Translations under genes and position numbers: made by a program
NCBI GenBank assembly: GCA_963817525.1
Contig: CAWFOU010000007.1
Location: 96,001-160,000 of the forward strand
From: an uncultured archaeon
GTDB taxonomy: Archaea > Thermoproteota > Nitrososphaeria > Nitrososphaerales > Gagatemarchaeaceae
Direction of reading: 5' to 3'
Length of the DNA stretch: 64,000 bases
The notes under the pieces: model-generated
Seen by the model: only the letters and a program-made list of their open reading frames with translations
Databases searched by the model: none
Told to the model about the DNA's origin: nothing
Shown here: positions 48,522 through 59,079 of the stretch, piece after piece
Layout: the number at the start of each line of letters is the position of its first letter
Position numbering within the stretch: position 1 is the stretch's first letter

Positions 48522-48740
48522 ATGACGCTCGAAAATGACGCGGTCGACATGCGCGCATTCAAGGAGCGCCTGAGGGAGAAGCTGCCCCCTGACAGCCCCT
48601 TGCTGGCCGACCTGCTCGCTGAGCCAGACTCGATGCCCGTCGGGAAGGCCGAGGTCCTGGTCCCTCACTATCTGCAGCGGCTGGAAAGAGAACTCGAGGG
48701 CAAGGGAGCGTCGAGAGGACCGCTCCTCAGGCGCGCGTGA
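48522..48740 (+). CDS. Small hypothetical protein convergent with the integrase
   Basis: 72-aa ORF with host-like codon usage; helical, LLAEPD motif. Confidence 0.55.
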   Translation: MTLENDAVDMRAFKERLREKLPPDSPLLADLLAEPDSMPVGKAEVLVPHYLQRLERELEGKGASRGPLLRRA

Positions 48741-48745
48741 GTCTC

Positions 48746-50079
48746 TTAGGCTGTCCTCAGCCCTATCACGGCCCTTCCGTCGGGCAGGTCCCGCTTGTAG
48801 TCCCACCCCTGCTCTATCCAGCGCTCGAGCTCCGCGACGGGCACGACCTTCTGCGTCCCCTCCTTCAGCCCGAGCATCTGCTTCGACTTTGCGTGGATGA
48901 GCTGCTGGAGCTGCTCCATCGTGATCCGGGTGATGTCGCCGACCCCCAAGAGCTCCTCGTCCGTGTAGCCGAACATCTTGAGCGCCTCGGTCCGCGCGGT
49001 GTTCACGACTTCGTCCCTGCTTATGCTCGCCTGGACCAGGGTCGCCAAGTGCTTCTCCGAGGCCTTTGCGTATGCCTGCCTCATACCCTCCAGCAGGTCC
49101 TCGGGGAGGTGTCCCTTGTTGAGCGTGTAGACATGCTCGATGTCCCCGGTGTGCCCCATCCAGAACACGCGGTAGTCCTTGATCACCTTTCCCTCCTGCT
49201 CGGCGCCCATCATCCTCGTGTCGAAGTACCTCCGCAGGACGTATGGCCTCCAGTCGAACCCCGCGGTCCTGATGGCGTGCCTTACCGCGTCGCATACGTT
49301 GCACACCCTCACGAACCTGCCGATGTAACGGGGGTTGAACTGGTTGGCCGTGAGCAACGGGGAGGCCCCGTCGATCTTCTCCTTCAGGATGTGCATCCTC
49401 CACTCCAGGTACTGCTTCACGTAGCCGCACCCCTGTTCGGGCAGGAAGGAGATGTACTGCCTCCCCGTCTTGGATATCGTCCTCCTGACGACCACAATGG
49501 CGGGCACCTTCAGGAACTCGACCTTCTCCTCTCCTGCGTCGCCCTTTCGTATGGTCATCTCGGGCAGGTCTGACACCCTCAGGCCGTCGTGTTCGCGTCC
49601 CTGTTCCCCAGCACCCCCGGCCTCACGCCGGAGAACGCCATGAGGGCGCAGGCGACCCTCTTCTGGAGGTCAGCGTGCTCGAAGATCGAGTGAAGCTCCT
49701 GGTGGGAGGGGACGCGCTCGTTGTCGTACACCCCCACGTCCCTGGCGAGCCTCACCTGCCTCGTCACCTCGAGGTCGTTGAAGCGCCACCACCCCTTCAG
49801 CTGCTTGACGCACCCGGCGATGGTCGAGCTCCTGTTGCCGTCGCTCTCCAGGCGGGAGACCACCCTGAACAGGAAGGCCCCGGCCTCTCCCTTGGACATG
49901 ACGGCCAGGTCCCTCTGCGTGACCTGGAGCAGCATGCAGACCCTCCCGACCCTGCGCAAGGTCACCTCGGCGTTCACCTTGCTCCCCCTCGCGATGTTCT
50001 CTATCCACGAGGCGAAGGCTTCATCTTCCAGCAGGTGTCTGTACTTGCTGTTCGGGAACAGCTGCGGCTTGGGGGTCAC
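48746..50079 (-). pseudogene. Tyrosine integrase, frameshifted at ~49590
   Basis: FSGVRPGVLGN | DGLRVSDLPEM in different frames; PYVLRRYF, WMGH, HVY. Lies adjacent to the att repeat at 50139. Confidence 0.85.
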
Positions 50080-50138
50080 GCCATTCCGGGGAATTTCTCC
50101 TAATAACGGCGGGGCTTCGACTCGTGCGGGCAGGCGTA

Positions 50139-50151
50139 CCGTCGGGCCCGC
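50139..50151 (+). repeat. att-like copy 1 of the tRNA-Lys 3' end
   Basis: CCGTCGGGCCCGC, identical to the tRNA 3' end. Confidence 0.75.
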
Positions 50152-50417
50152 TAATTAACCCCATTCTGAGCTTTGTTTCGTCAGAAGGGGCGGAATGCAG
50201 GGATGCGGCGTTGACCTAGACTGTTTCAGGGAATTGTCGAAGGTCGCCTTCGCGTCACCAAGATTGCGCCGGCGAGGACCAGTAGGCGGAGGCGCAATCA
50301 TCGTAAGGGACGGCGAGGTGCAGGCCGGACAACCTCCAGATTCAGGCGCAATCTTTCGCCAGATTCAAGCCTGAAATCGTCTCTCTTTGGGCGAGTTCTT
50401 TCTGATCCGTGGGTATA

Positions 50418-51119
50418 CTACCGAGGGGGTTCGACGACGAAGGTAACGTACACGTATTGATTCCAATCGTCCCAGGCCAGGATTGTGTACTCGCCGGGAG
50501 AGAAGGGCACGAGAGTCCCGCTACCGGTATCATAGTAGCCAACCAGCCCCGGATTCTCGCAGCCGCAAGTCTGCTGCCTGTAAGAGAGGATTGTGGTCAC
50601 GTTGAGCCGGCTGGGAACGAGCCCTGAGATCGTTCCGAAATCGGTTTCGTTTGCTTTTGTCTGCGAGGCGCCCGGAAAGAAGGTGACTTGCGTAGGGTCA
50701 GTGGGACCACCACAATAAAGGACCACGGGCACCGCCAGTTGCAAGGGCGACCCCGCCGATGAGATGTTCCCAGCTGTGAAGTGCCCTGGGAAGACTGCAT
50801 AGCCCATGAAGTCCCAAAAGCCGCAGACGCTGATGTAACTGATCCAAGTCGTGAGGTTCTGACTCTGAGCGACCGAGACCGAGAGTGTGACGTTTCGGTC
50901 CGACTTGTTCACCACCGTCACCCGCCCGGTGATCGACCCGTTGAATCTCATGGCCGTGGCATTCAGCGTCAGGTCCAGCTGTAGGCCTTTCGCCGAGACC
51001 GGCGAGGCGAAGACCAGGGGTCCTCCGCCCTGAGTGCTCGAAGGCAATGCGACCAGGCCCAAGACCCCTATGATAATCCCTGCCTGCACGACCCAGAATG
51101 CCCCCTCCTTGCGCTTCAT
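50418..51119 (-). CDS. Membrane-anchored extracellular protein
   Basis: TM plus a domain shared with 52519-53802 (GLQL.L.LNAT, F.GH.TA.N.S.AG.PL.L, PF..G.YTILA.D.WNQ). Confidence 0.7.
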   Translation of the reverse strand: MKRKEGAFWVVQAGIIIGVLGLVALPSSTQGGGPLVFASPVSAKGLQLDLTLNATAMRFNGSITGRVTVVNKSDRNVTLSVSVAQSQNLTTWISYISVCGFWDFMGYAVFPGHFTAGNISSAGSPLQLAVPVVLYCGGPTDPTQVTFFPGASQTKANETDFGTISGLVPSRLNVTTILSYRQQTCGCENPGLVGYYDTGSGTLVPFSPGEYTILAWDDWNQYVYVTFVVEPPR

Positions 51120-51321
51120 TCGACTTTTGGAGGGGTCGGACTGCTATAACCCATGTGGAACGCTGGTCGCGTTCGAGGCATTCGTCGGATCCCCTCATCC
51201 CGAAAGAGTTTGGAGCGCTGCGGATCTTTCCTGATAGCTGGATAGCTCACCTCAGGTTTTAAGCTGCCCTAATGGCCGAAGGCGCCGAGGGCGCAACGCG
51301 CCTTCCAGTGCGGCGTCGCAC

Positions 51322-51960
51322 TTACGGGAATGCGAACTGAGCCAAGATTACTGTAGTGTTTGTTGGGGGTGGCTGATGGGGCGCACCGGTGTCTTCCGTC
51401 CAGCTGAAGTTGAGATTTACGGCGACGCTCCCTGGTTGCGCCAGTCGGTAAACGAATTGGTCACCGGAAGCGGGAGAGAATAGCGTGAAATTCTGGTCAT
51501 GACCCAGGTCGATCTCTGCAGCAACAATCCCGGGGCAATTGCAACCCTCTGTGAGGAGAGAGGGATTTGGAATGACGTTAGAGTTGAGGACATAGGATTC
51601 AAAGGATATCGTGGAGTTGCCGATGTTCTTGACGGTTACGAAGAACATCACGTCTCCGCCGTTGAAACCTGTCGCTTCGACGGAGAGCACCTGTAAGGTC
51701 CCGATCGGACCATAGGTGAACACGCCGCAGGTGATGTTTGCGAGGGCGTAGGAGGTGTTGTCAGGTGCGGAAGGGAAGGGGGAGATGCGACCGACGGGAC
51801 AGGCGCCAGTCATCAGGCTGGTCGATGTAATAGTGGAGGTGCTGACGGAGGTGACTGTCTCCGTTGCTCTGGTGCTGTTTCCGGACAAGTAGCCGATGCC
51901 GAGGCTCGCCACGAGCAAGATTACGACCATTACCCCGACCGCTTGTCTCCCCATTTTCAT
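51322..51960 (-). CDS. Membrane-anchored extracellular protein
   Basis: N-terminus ILLVASLGIGYLSG...TETVTSVSTST resembles that of 1-1054. Confidence 0.7.
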   Translation of the reverse strand: MKMGRQAVGVMVVILLVASLGIGYLSGNSTRATETVTSVSTSTITSTSLMTGACPVGRISPFPSAPDNTSYALANITCGVFTYGPIGTLQVLSVEATGFNGGDVMFFVTVKNIGNSTISFESYVLNSNVIPNPSLLTEGCNCPGIVAAEIDLGHDQNFTLFSPASGDQFVYRLAQPGSVAVNLNFSWTEDTGAPHQPPPTNTTVILAQFAFP

Positions 51961-51968
51961 TCTTTCGG

Positions 51969-52517
51969 TCAGCTCCAAGTGCCTTCGAAGTTGAAGTTCG
52001 TCTCGGTCCCAGCGGAGTAGGGGCCCACAGAATCTACAATCTTCGCTTGGAAGAGCCCTTCCGACGATGACCCGCTCGGCTCATGGGCGAGCTCTGTCGT
52101 GGGGAGAGCGCAGGTCGCGGCGACCTGCGAGTTCGCGGGTATGCCCGCTGCGGCGGGACCGCCAACCGTGCCGTTGAAGTTGTTGTCTGTGGTGACCGTT
52201 AGGGTTGCAGTGCCCGTGGAAGATTGGCTGGTGGTGATGTAGGTGACGCCAGTGTCGTTGACGCCTATGACCACCGACACTTGACAGTCCTCCAGCTGCA
52301 AAGGCGTAGTGCTATTATTCACGATTGTGCAGATGCCCGTCGCAAGAGAGCACGAGACATCTTTCGCTGACAGTTCCCCTATCAATGGCTCAAAGCATTT
52401 GGGACAGTATCCAGTAGTCAAACCTGTTCCCGGGACGAGATTGACGTATGCCACGTATCCGGATGCGACCAGAAGGAGCGCCAGAATTGACAAGGCGAGA
52501 GGGAGCTTTGATTTCAT
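51969..52517 (-). CDS. Membrane-anchored Cys-containing extracellular protein
   Basis: Start MKSKLPLALSILALLLVASG, 1 bp after the upstream stop. Confidence 0.65.
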   Translation of the reverse strand: MKSKLPLALSILALLLVASGYVAYVNLVPGTGLTTGYCPKCFEPLIGELSAKDVSCSLATGICTIVNNSTTPLQLEDCQVSVVIGVNDTGVTYITTSQSSTGTATLTVTTDNNFNGTVGGPAAAGIPANSQVAATCALPTTELAHEPSGSSSEGLFQAKIVDSVGPYSAGTETNFNFEGTWS

Positions 52518-52518
52518 C

Positions 52519-53802
52519 CTAACCTTCACTCTGGAATTGGACATCCACTGTTTCTGAGAACGTGGTGAACTGAGCGGCACTAACCAACGTCCCGTTGAGC
52601 ACAAGGGGATAGGTTACTCCGCTAGCGAAGCCCGCACCGATTAGCGTCGTGGTGAAGTGGACCGTCTGCGCTGGGAACAAGGGGCTGGACGTGCTGACGT
52701 TGAAGTTGGTCGAGTGCGGGCCAGGTGAATCTGCAGGGATGGTCGGGAAAGTGGCTGACAACGATGTTATCGTCATGTTTCCCACGTTCTTGAACGCGAA
52801 GGCGACCACCGGTCCGCCCGGATTGTAGGGCGGGATAGGACCTGTTACCGAAAGAACGTCAACTGGGCTTGGCGTCGGGGAGGCGTCGAAGTAAGCGTAA
52901 GCGGCCTGGTTCCAAATGTCTTCCGCGAGAATCGTGTATGAGCCGGCGGGGAAGGGCTGAAATACGTCGTTGAGGCCTTCAGCACAGATGTCGACGGCCA
53001 CCTGCGTCGGTGCGGCCGGACACACCTGAGTCGTCCGGATCGGCCAATAGCCATAGAGCATGGAGCCGGGGTGACATCCAAGGCCGAACTCCTTACCGCT
53101 GTATGATAGTCGAGTGCCGTTCTCTACGTTACTATAGGAACCCGAACCAGCAGTGGGAGCGCATGCCTCCGTGGCGGCGCTTGTCAGCATCTTGACTTGT
53201 GCCGGCTTGAACACGCCGCTCTCAGAAGTGTTGGCTAGGAGGGTGGCGACGTCGCTGTAAGGCGGGAGCTCGATCGTCTTGACGTAGTTTGCGGGATGGA
53301 CGTAGTTGGGGCACAAACTGGGTTCTGGTGGCCAGAGCAACAACGGCAGACCCGCCTCGGAGACGTTCGCCGCAGTGAGGTGCCCCTGAAACAACGCATA
53401 ATCGAAGATATGGTCGACCGAGCTGAAATCGCACTCACTGTTGTCGCCGTTCCAGACGGCGAGGTTCGGGTTGGCCGAAAAGTTCGCCGCGAGAGAGACG
53501 GTCGTTGGCAATGTGTTGACGAGGTCTATTTGGGCGGCAACAACCCCTCCTTGCGGGATCGTTGTGGCGTTCAGATCCACTCGCAGTTGCAGCCCCATCG
53601 GAGAGACTGCCGAAATGAAAGTTGTCGAAGAATTAACCTGCGTCTGATTTCCTGGTTCGGAAGTTATCGAGACGACTCCCATCAACGCGACCATCGACAC
53701 TATAATCGCGACGAAGAGGATGTGAGAATTGACCGCAGCGCTCCTTCCGGTCACTTCTCGAAAACTCCTCTTTGAAACTATCCGTGTCAAGGCCCACCGC
53801 AT
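52519..53802 (-). CDS. Membrane-anchored two-domain extracellular protein
   Basis: TM, a domain paralogous to 50418-51119, and a C-terminal VLSV...KNVGN domain like 51322-51960. Start uncertain. Confidence 0.7.
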   Translation of the reverse strand: MRWALTRIVSKRSFREVTGRSAAVNSHILFVAIIVSMVALMGVVSITSEPGNQTQVNSSTTFISAVSPMGLQLRVDLNATTIPQGGVVAAQIDLVNTLPTTVSLAANFSANPNLAVWNGDNSECDFSSVDHIFDYALFQGHLTAANVSEAGLPLLLWPPEPSLCPNYVHPANYVKTIELPPYSDVATLLANTSESGVFKPAQVKMLTSAATEACAPTAGSGSYSNVENGTRLSYSGKEFGLGCHPGSMLYGYWPIRTTQVCPAAPTQVAVDICAEGLNDVFQPFPAGSYTILAEDIWNQAAYAYFDASPTPSPVDVLSVTGPIPPYNPGGPVVAFAFKNVGNMTITSLSATFPTIPADSPGPHSTNFNVSTSSPLFPAQTVHFTTTLIGAGFASGVTYPLVLNGTLVSAAQFTTFSETVDVQFQSEG

Positions 53803-53982
53803 GGTGTTTCGCTAGAAGGTGGCTCTTGGATGTTGTGGAGGTATGTTCTCTGTCAGGCGAGTACTTTGGAATGAAATATTCGCGGCGCCCCGGGCGGGAT
53901 CTCCATCATCTGGTTAGAATCCCCATCACGAGGACCCAAATCATGTCAGTGCGGAAGCTCTTTCCTGGCAAATCCGACGTAG

Positions 53983-55665
53983 TTAGGGACACAGCTCCTC
54001 GGATGGGAGGGCCTCTTGGGCATTGAACACGTGGACGGCCGCGCAGCTTCCCGATTCCATGGGTGAATCCGATGCCACAGCCCAGACCGATCCTGCGCCC
54101 GAGGTCACAGCTATCCCCTGGACGTCATAGCTTGCCAGGACCGTGCCGTTGTCCCCGACGAGGTCGGTTCCTGAGGCATCCCCGCCGCTGAGAATCAATG
54201 CAGAACCATTATCAACAAAGCCCGCTGGAATACCAAGATTCGTGAAGTTCCAGAGGAGCTGGCCACCGGCGGTGAAGAGTTGGGCACCGTCTCCTATCGC
54301 TGCGACGTACGATCCGTCAGGTGAAATAGCGACCGGCTGCGCAGCCATGCCTTCTTGGTGCTTCCAGAGAAGCGCGCCGGTCGCACCGTCGAAGAGATAG
54401 ACACTGCCGTTCGAGTTCCCGGTATATACCGGCCCCCCCGCAACATAGGAGCCATTAGTGGACATCAGGACATTTGCGGTACCCGCGTTGTCTTCAGTGT
54501 AATTCCACACCTGATGTCCCTGTGAATTGAGACAGAAGACGCCCCAACCGAAGTTCGTCCAATTTCCTAGAAGCATGTCCTCCGCACTCACGACGACTGA
54601 GCCCCCGTCCCTCGACATTGCCAGATGAATGCTATTACCGCCACTTCTACTGGGAAAGGTGAAGTTCCAAAGGACGTCGCCGGCGGTGTTGAGGTAGATC
54701 ACGCCAGCTGTGTAATCTGCGGCTATCCGCGACCCATTTGCGGAAATGGCCACCTGGAAGATGGGATATCTGCCGGTGGAGACGTTCCACAGCATCTTCC
54801 CCTGCGTGTTGAAGAGGTAGACCTCCCCGTCACGGTAAGCGGACCAATAGCCACCTGCCGCCACATAGGAGCCGTTGCCCGAGACGGCGACGGTATCGAT
54901 GGCCGTGTTGTTTGTGACGTGCCTCCACGACTGCGTCTGTGAGCTCAACGAGACCAGATAGACAGACCCGTTCATGTCACTACCATCTTTGGTTCCTGCG
55001 GCCTAGTTTGAGTCCGCGCTGATGCTCAAGGCATCCACGGCCTGAGTCGCCGATGCCGCTGGGCCTGGTCCCCCGCTGCTCACCAGGTACTCCGCGCCGT
55101 AGCTGAGGAAATCCCATACCTCCTGCGAGATGAGCCAAGCGCCGCTCGAAGCGGAGTAGGCGAAAGAGTCCTCCGCGGAAATCGTGGCGCTGACATTACC
55201 CAAGACAGGGTCCTCCCCAACGAGAGCAAAGCTCGAGTTCACCGTCGCCAGGTCGTCGGAAACGACGACTTTCCCTAGAGTTACGTTCCCGATGGATATC
55301 GAGATGAATTTTCCTAGGAAAGATCCCATCAGGATGCGTATGTTGCCTGCGCCGGAGTAGTTGCCTGTGAGACCGGCTACCTGCCCCGCCCAAGTGACGG
55401 TCGCGTTGCTAGCGTATTGGCTGTCTATTGCGGACAGGTTCCTAGAGGAGAGCCATTGCATGTGATCGGCAAAGCTGCTCTCGACAATAGCGGTATCGAT
55501 ACCCGTCGATGTTTTCTTCAAATCTACCCCGGATGATGTTGAGCTCGATCCGAGCCGAGCCGGCAAGATTGCTATCGCGGTCAAAACCACCAGGGCAGCG
55601 ATGACTATCGCCGCTGCCACGACCTTGTAGCGTCCGATGCCGCGTGCAGGCGGATTCGTCACCAT
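53983..55665 (-). pseudogene. TM + NTF2-like + WD40/PQQ beta-propeller protein interrupted by an in-frame TAG (55003-55005)
   Basis: The two ORFs are in the same frame: ALSISADSN*AAGT...GSVYL is one propeller blade. Confidence 0.7.
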
Positions 55666-55761
55666 TGTGCTTCACGGGGAAGAAGCAAAAGGAGATTCGG
55701 TGACTAATACGTTTGTCCGAGTGTTTAGAGCGTGGTCGCAGGGATTTGAACAGTTGCGGTC

Positions 55762-55802
55762 GGATTCGCTTAATATTCTAAGCGACTCCCCTCGGGCCCG
55801 CC
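55762..55802 (+). repeat. att-like copy 2 (11-6-11 palindrome + tRNA 3' end)
   Basis: GGATTCGCTTA-ATATTC-TAAGCGACTCC-CCTCGGGCCCGCC. Confidence 0.8.
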
Positions 55803-55985
55803 TTGATTCGAACCCACCCGGGTTCGAATCCCCCGCGTTCCTTCCTGCGATTCTGTCAGCTTAAGGGACATGAAAGCCCTCCTGATTACAGTTGCATAAA
55901 TGCTACGATGAGAAATTCCATGTCCCTTGAGCTAACAGAGTGCTTCTTGCATATCGTTAAATATCATATAGCCAAGATTTAACCA

Positions 55986-56225
55986 ATGGAAAGTCGGCTC
56001 CTCAAGAGGATCGTCGTCGACCCGAGAATAATGGTCGGCAAGCCAGTGATTAGAGGGACCAGAATTCCTGTCGACACAATCATCCATAGGATTGCTCAGG
56101 GGGGCACCATCAAGGAGCTCCTAGAAGACTACCCAAAGATAACGCGGTTAGATGTGAAGGCGGCGCTAGAATACGCGGAGAGCCTTGTGCGGGGCGAAGA
56201 CGTTTTGCCGCAAATAAAGAGCTAG
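55986..56225 (+). CDS. DUF433 antitoxin
   Basis: IVVDPRIMVGKPVIRGTRIPV...DYP...AALEYA. Confidence 0.9.
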   Translation: MESRLLKRIVVDPRIMVGKPVIRGTRIPVDTIIHRIAQGGTIKELLEDYPKITRLDVKAALEYAESLVRGEDVLPQIKS

Positions 56226-56226
56226 C

Positions 56227-56583
56227 ATGCGCTTCCTTGTGGACGAGAGCACAGGAAGGAAGATCTGCGAACTCCTTGGCGCGGCTGGTCACGACACGAC
56301 GTTCGTCGGCGACTCGATGCCAGGCTCCGCGGACGAAGCCGTCCTCGCCTTGGCGGATAGCGAAAGGAGAATCTTAATCACTGATGACAAGGATTTTGGC
56401 GAGCTCATTTTCAGACTCGATAGGCCCACGACAGGGGTCATTCTGTTAAGGCTCTCGACGGCAAACTCTCGGAGACGAGTAAGAATTCTTCTTGATGTCA
56501 TCAAGAGCTTGCAGCTCGAGGGAAGTTTCACGACGGTCACGGACAACGGAATCAAGACACGAAGGTTGCGCTCCAGAGGGTAG
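56227..56583 (+). CDS. DUF5615 PIN-like toxin
   Basis: MRFLVDES...GHD...DEAVL...ILITDDKDFGEL. Confidence 0.88.
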   Translation: MRFLVDESTGRKICELLGAAGHDTTFVGDSMPGSADEAVLALADSERRILITDDKDFGELIFRLDRPTTGVILLRLSTANSRRRVRILLDVIKSLQLEGSFTTVTDNGIKTRRLRSRG

Positions 56584-56625
56584 GCGGCAAGCCCTTCGTC
56601 GAAGATTCTATCTTCCAACTTGACC

Positions 56626-56675
56626 GGGAATCCACTTTGAGAACCCGTTCAGGGGCGGGTCCCGTCGGGCCCGCC
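56626..56675 (+). repeat. att-like copy 3 (long-hairpin type + 16-bp exact tRNA 3' end)
   Basis: GGGAATCCACTTTGAGAACCCGTTCAGGGGCGGG-TCCCGTCGGGCCCGCC, followed by AGATTCGCTTG-AGATGT-TAAGCGAATCC at 56678-56705. Confidence 0.85.
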
Positions 56676-57085
56676 TTAGATTCGCTTGAGATGTTAAGCG
56701 AATCCAACTAAACTTGCTTAGAGTCCCAGGCGAAATCCATTTAGCGTAAGTACTTCCATCGCCCTCGGGTTCGAAGCCAAGGGATCGATTCTGCCGGCCC
56801 GTCGATTCCTGCGAGCAAAATTCAAAGGATCAACTTGATTCTACGGGCATTCGATGCTAAGAAGGATTCGCATAGATTCCCCCCAAGTGTTCTTGCTTCG
56901 ATGGCCCACGGGTTTCTCGTCGTCCGGCTCGACTTCCTGAGGAGGGAAATTACATTCGCCCTCTGATCGAGAGGCGGCCCTCTCTGCCGCTTGGCGTGCA
57001 TCTACGACCCTAATTTCAAGTTCGCCTTCAGCGTTGAACAGACACAACGGCTTTATGACGCGGCTCTTCGATTAATCGAGAAGTA

Positions 57086-59041
57086 ATGTCCCAGGGCGTA
57101 CGGAGACTTGCGGCTATAATGTTCACGGACATGGTGGGCTTCACAGCTCTGGGCCAACGGAATGAACAACTTTCCATTGCCCTGGTTGACGAACAAAGGA
57201 AACTGCTGAGGCCAATCTTCACCAGACATAACGGTAGAGAGGTCAAGACTATGGGAGATGCCTTCCTCGTTGAATTTCCAAGCGCACTGGATGCCGTGAG
57301 GTGTGGGTACGACATCCAAAGAGCCACCAGAGAATTCAATGTCTCGTTACCAAGCGAGAAGAGGGTACACCTGAGAGTCGGGGTTCACCTTGGGGACGTT
57401 GTGGAGTCTCAGGGGGACATTTCGGGCGATGCGGTAAACTTGGCATCGCGAATAGAGCCCTTGGCAGAAGATGATGGTGTGTGCATTACCCGTCAGGTCT
57501 ACGACCACGTCAAGAATAAGTTCGAGCTCCCATTGGCAAGCCTCGGGAGCAAATCCCTAAGGAGCATCGCCGAGCCGTTGGAAGTTTACAAGATGATAAT
57601 GCCGTGGGAAGAACGGAATGCCTCACAATCAGAACACTTCGACAGGAAAAGAATTGCAATCTTACCCTTTGCTAACATAAGCCAGGGTGACAACGACGAG
57701 TACTTCGCAGACGGCATGACAGAGGAGCTGATCTCCACACTATCTAGAATCGGAGGTCTGAAAGTCATTTCCCGCACTTCCGTGATGCGATACAAGGCCT
57801 CGGGCAAGAGCGTGAGCGAAATTGCCAAGGAGCTAGGAGTAGGGACGATCCTGGAGGGAAGCGTCAGGATGGCTGGCGGCCACCTGAGGGTCTCGGCCGA
57901 GCTCATAGATGCGGGAAGAGACGAGCATCTCTGGTCACAAGACTACGACAGGGATTTGGAAGACGTGTTCAAGATTCAGACGGAGATCGCCCAGAGAGTT
58001 GCTGAGGCACTGAGAATAGAGCTTCTTTCGGTCGAAAGAGAGGACATTGAACGCCGGGTGACCGAAAGCCCTCAGGCTCATAAGCTCTATCTGAGGGGGC
58101 GTCACTATTGGAACGAAAGGACCAAGGATAGCGTCGATAAAGCTGTAAAATACTTCGAGGAGGCCATCAAGCTGGATTCCAAATACGCGCTCGTCTATGC
58201 CGGGCTTGCTCGTTGCTACATCCTCTACGGTGCATGGGGCTTCATGAGACCGAATGATTCATTTCCCAAGGCCAAAAGGTACGCAATAAAGTCCATAGAG
58301 ATCGACCCGAGGTTGGCTGAGCCGCATACCATCTTTGCCGACGTCCTCAATGATTACGAAGGGCGCTGGGTGGAGTCGGAGCTAGAATACAGGCGGGCAT
58401 TGGAGCTCAATCCTAGCTACGCTACGGCACACATGTGGTATGGGCTCTTGTTAGTATTCTTGACAAGGTTTGACGAGGCTCGCGACCATATCAGGCTAGC
58501 CATCGAGCTTGATCCGCTCACCCATGTCGGTGCATTGAATCTTGCTGGAGTGTCACTCTATGAGGGAAGACCGCGAGACGCCGTAGAACAGATTGAAAAT
58601 GCAATTGAGGGAGACCCCGAATTCGCCCCCAACCACAATGCTCTCGCTTGGGCATACTGCCTTGACTCAAGAACCGACGAAGGGATCAGCGAGATGAGGA
58701 AGGCATTGGCAATGTCTGGCGAACCTATTGATAAAGCGGACTTGGCCTGCCTACTAGGCTTCTCCGGTCGAACGGAGGAGGCCCGCAGTATACTCAAAGA
58801 AATCAAAGAGACTTCGAAGGTTACCTATGTCTCCAAGATGAAGATTGCGCAAGTCTTGTTTGCCTTGGGAAATTACGATGAGGCATTCAAGCTCCTCGAA
58901 GAGGCGAGGGAAGATCATTCGCTCTTCACCCAACACGGGAGCTATCTCCTTGACATGAGATTGCTTCCTTTGTTCGCTCCGGTGCGAGAGGACAGAAGGT
59001 GGCAGACGTTTGTAGCAACCTTAAAGATCCCAGAAGCCTAG
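57086..59041 (+). CDS. Class III adenylate/guanylate cyclase - TolB-like - TPR protein
   Basis: RLAAIMFTDMVGFT, KTMGDAFL, RVGVHLGD, GDAVNLASRI, IAILPFAN, YFADGMTEE, TPR repeats. Confidence 0.9.
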   Translation: MSQGVRRLAAIMFTDMVGFTALGQRNEQLSIALVDEQRKLLRPIFTRHNGREVKTMGDAFLVEFPSALDAVRCGYDIQRATREFNVSLPSEKRVHLRVGVHLGDVVESQGDISGDAVNLASRIEPLAEDDGVCITRQVYDHVKNKFELPLASLGSKSLRSIAEPLEVYKMIMPWEERNASQSEHFDRKRIAILPFANISQGDNDEYFADGMTEELISTLSRIGGLKVISRTSVMRYKASGKSVSEIAKELGVGTILEGSVRMAGGHLRVSAELIDAGRDEHLWSQDYDRDLEDVFKIQTEIAQRVAEALRIELLSVEREDIERRVTESPQAHKLYLRGRHYWNERTKDSVDKAVKYFEEAIKLDSKYALVYAGLARCYILYGAWGFMRPNDSFPKAKRYAIKSIEIDPRLAEPHTIFADVLNDYEGRWVESELEYRRALELNPSYATAHMWYGLLLVFLTRFDEARDHIRLAIELDPLTHVGALNLAGVSLYEGRPRDAVEQIENAIEGDPEFAPNHNALAWAYCLDSRTDEGISEMRKALAMSGEPIDKADLACLLGFSGRTEEARSILKEIKETSKVTYVSKMKIAQVLFALGNYDEAFKLLEEAREDHSLFTQHGSYLLDMRLLPLFAPVREDRRWQTFVATLKIPEA

Positions 59042-59079
59042 TTTTTTCGGCTCTCGGTCTCGAGACCTGTCCTGCAGCA

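Larger units (their letters stand above)
35233..50151. mobile_element. Decayed ~15-kb integrated element at tRNA-Lys
   Basis: 13-bp direct repeat CCGTCGGGCCCGC (tRNA 3' end and 50139-50151); integrase immediately inside the distal repeat; drop in GC after the tRNA. Confidence 0.7.

Noticed and set aside
53896-53937. GGGATCTCC...AGAATCCCCATCACGAGGACCC as a degenerate cassette site
   Set aside because: Intergenic and vaguely similar, but too diverged to support without a profile search.
55003-55005. Pyrrolysine/amber readthrough
   Set aside because: No pyl genes in the window, and TAG is a normal stop for many core genes here.
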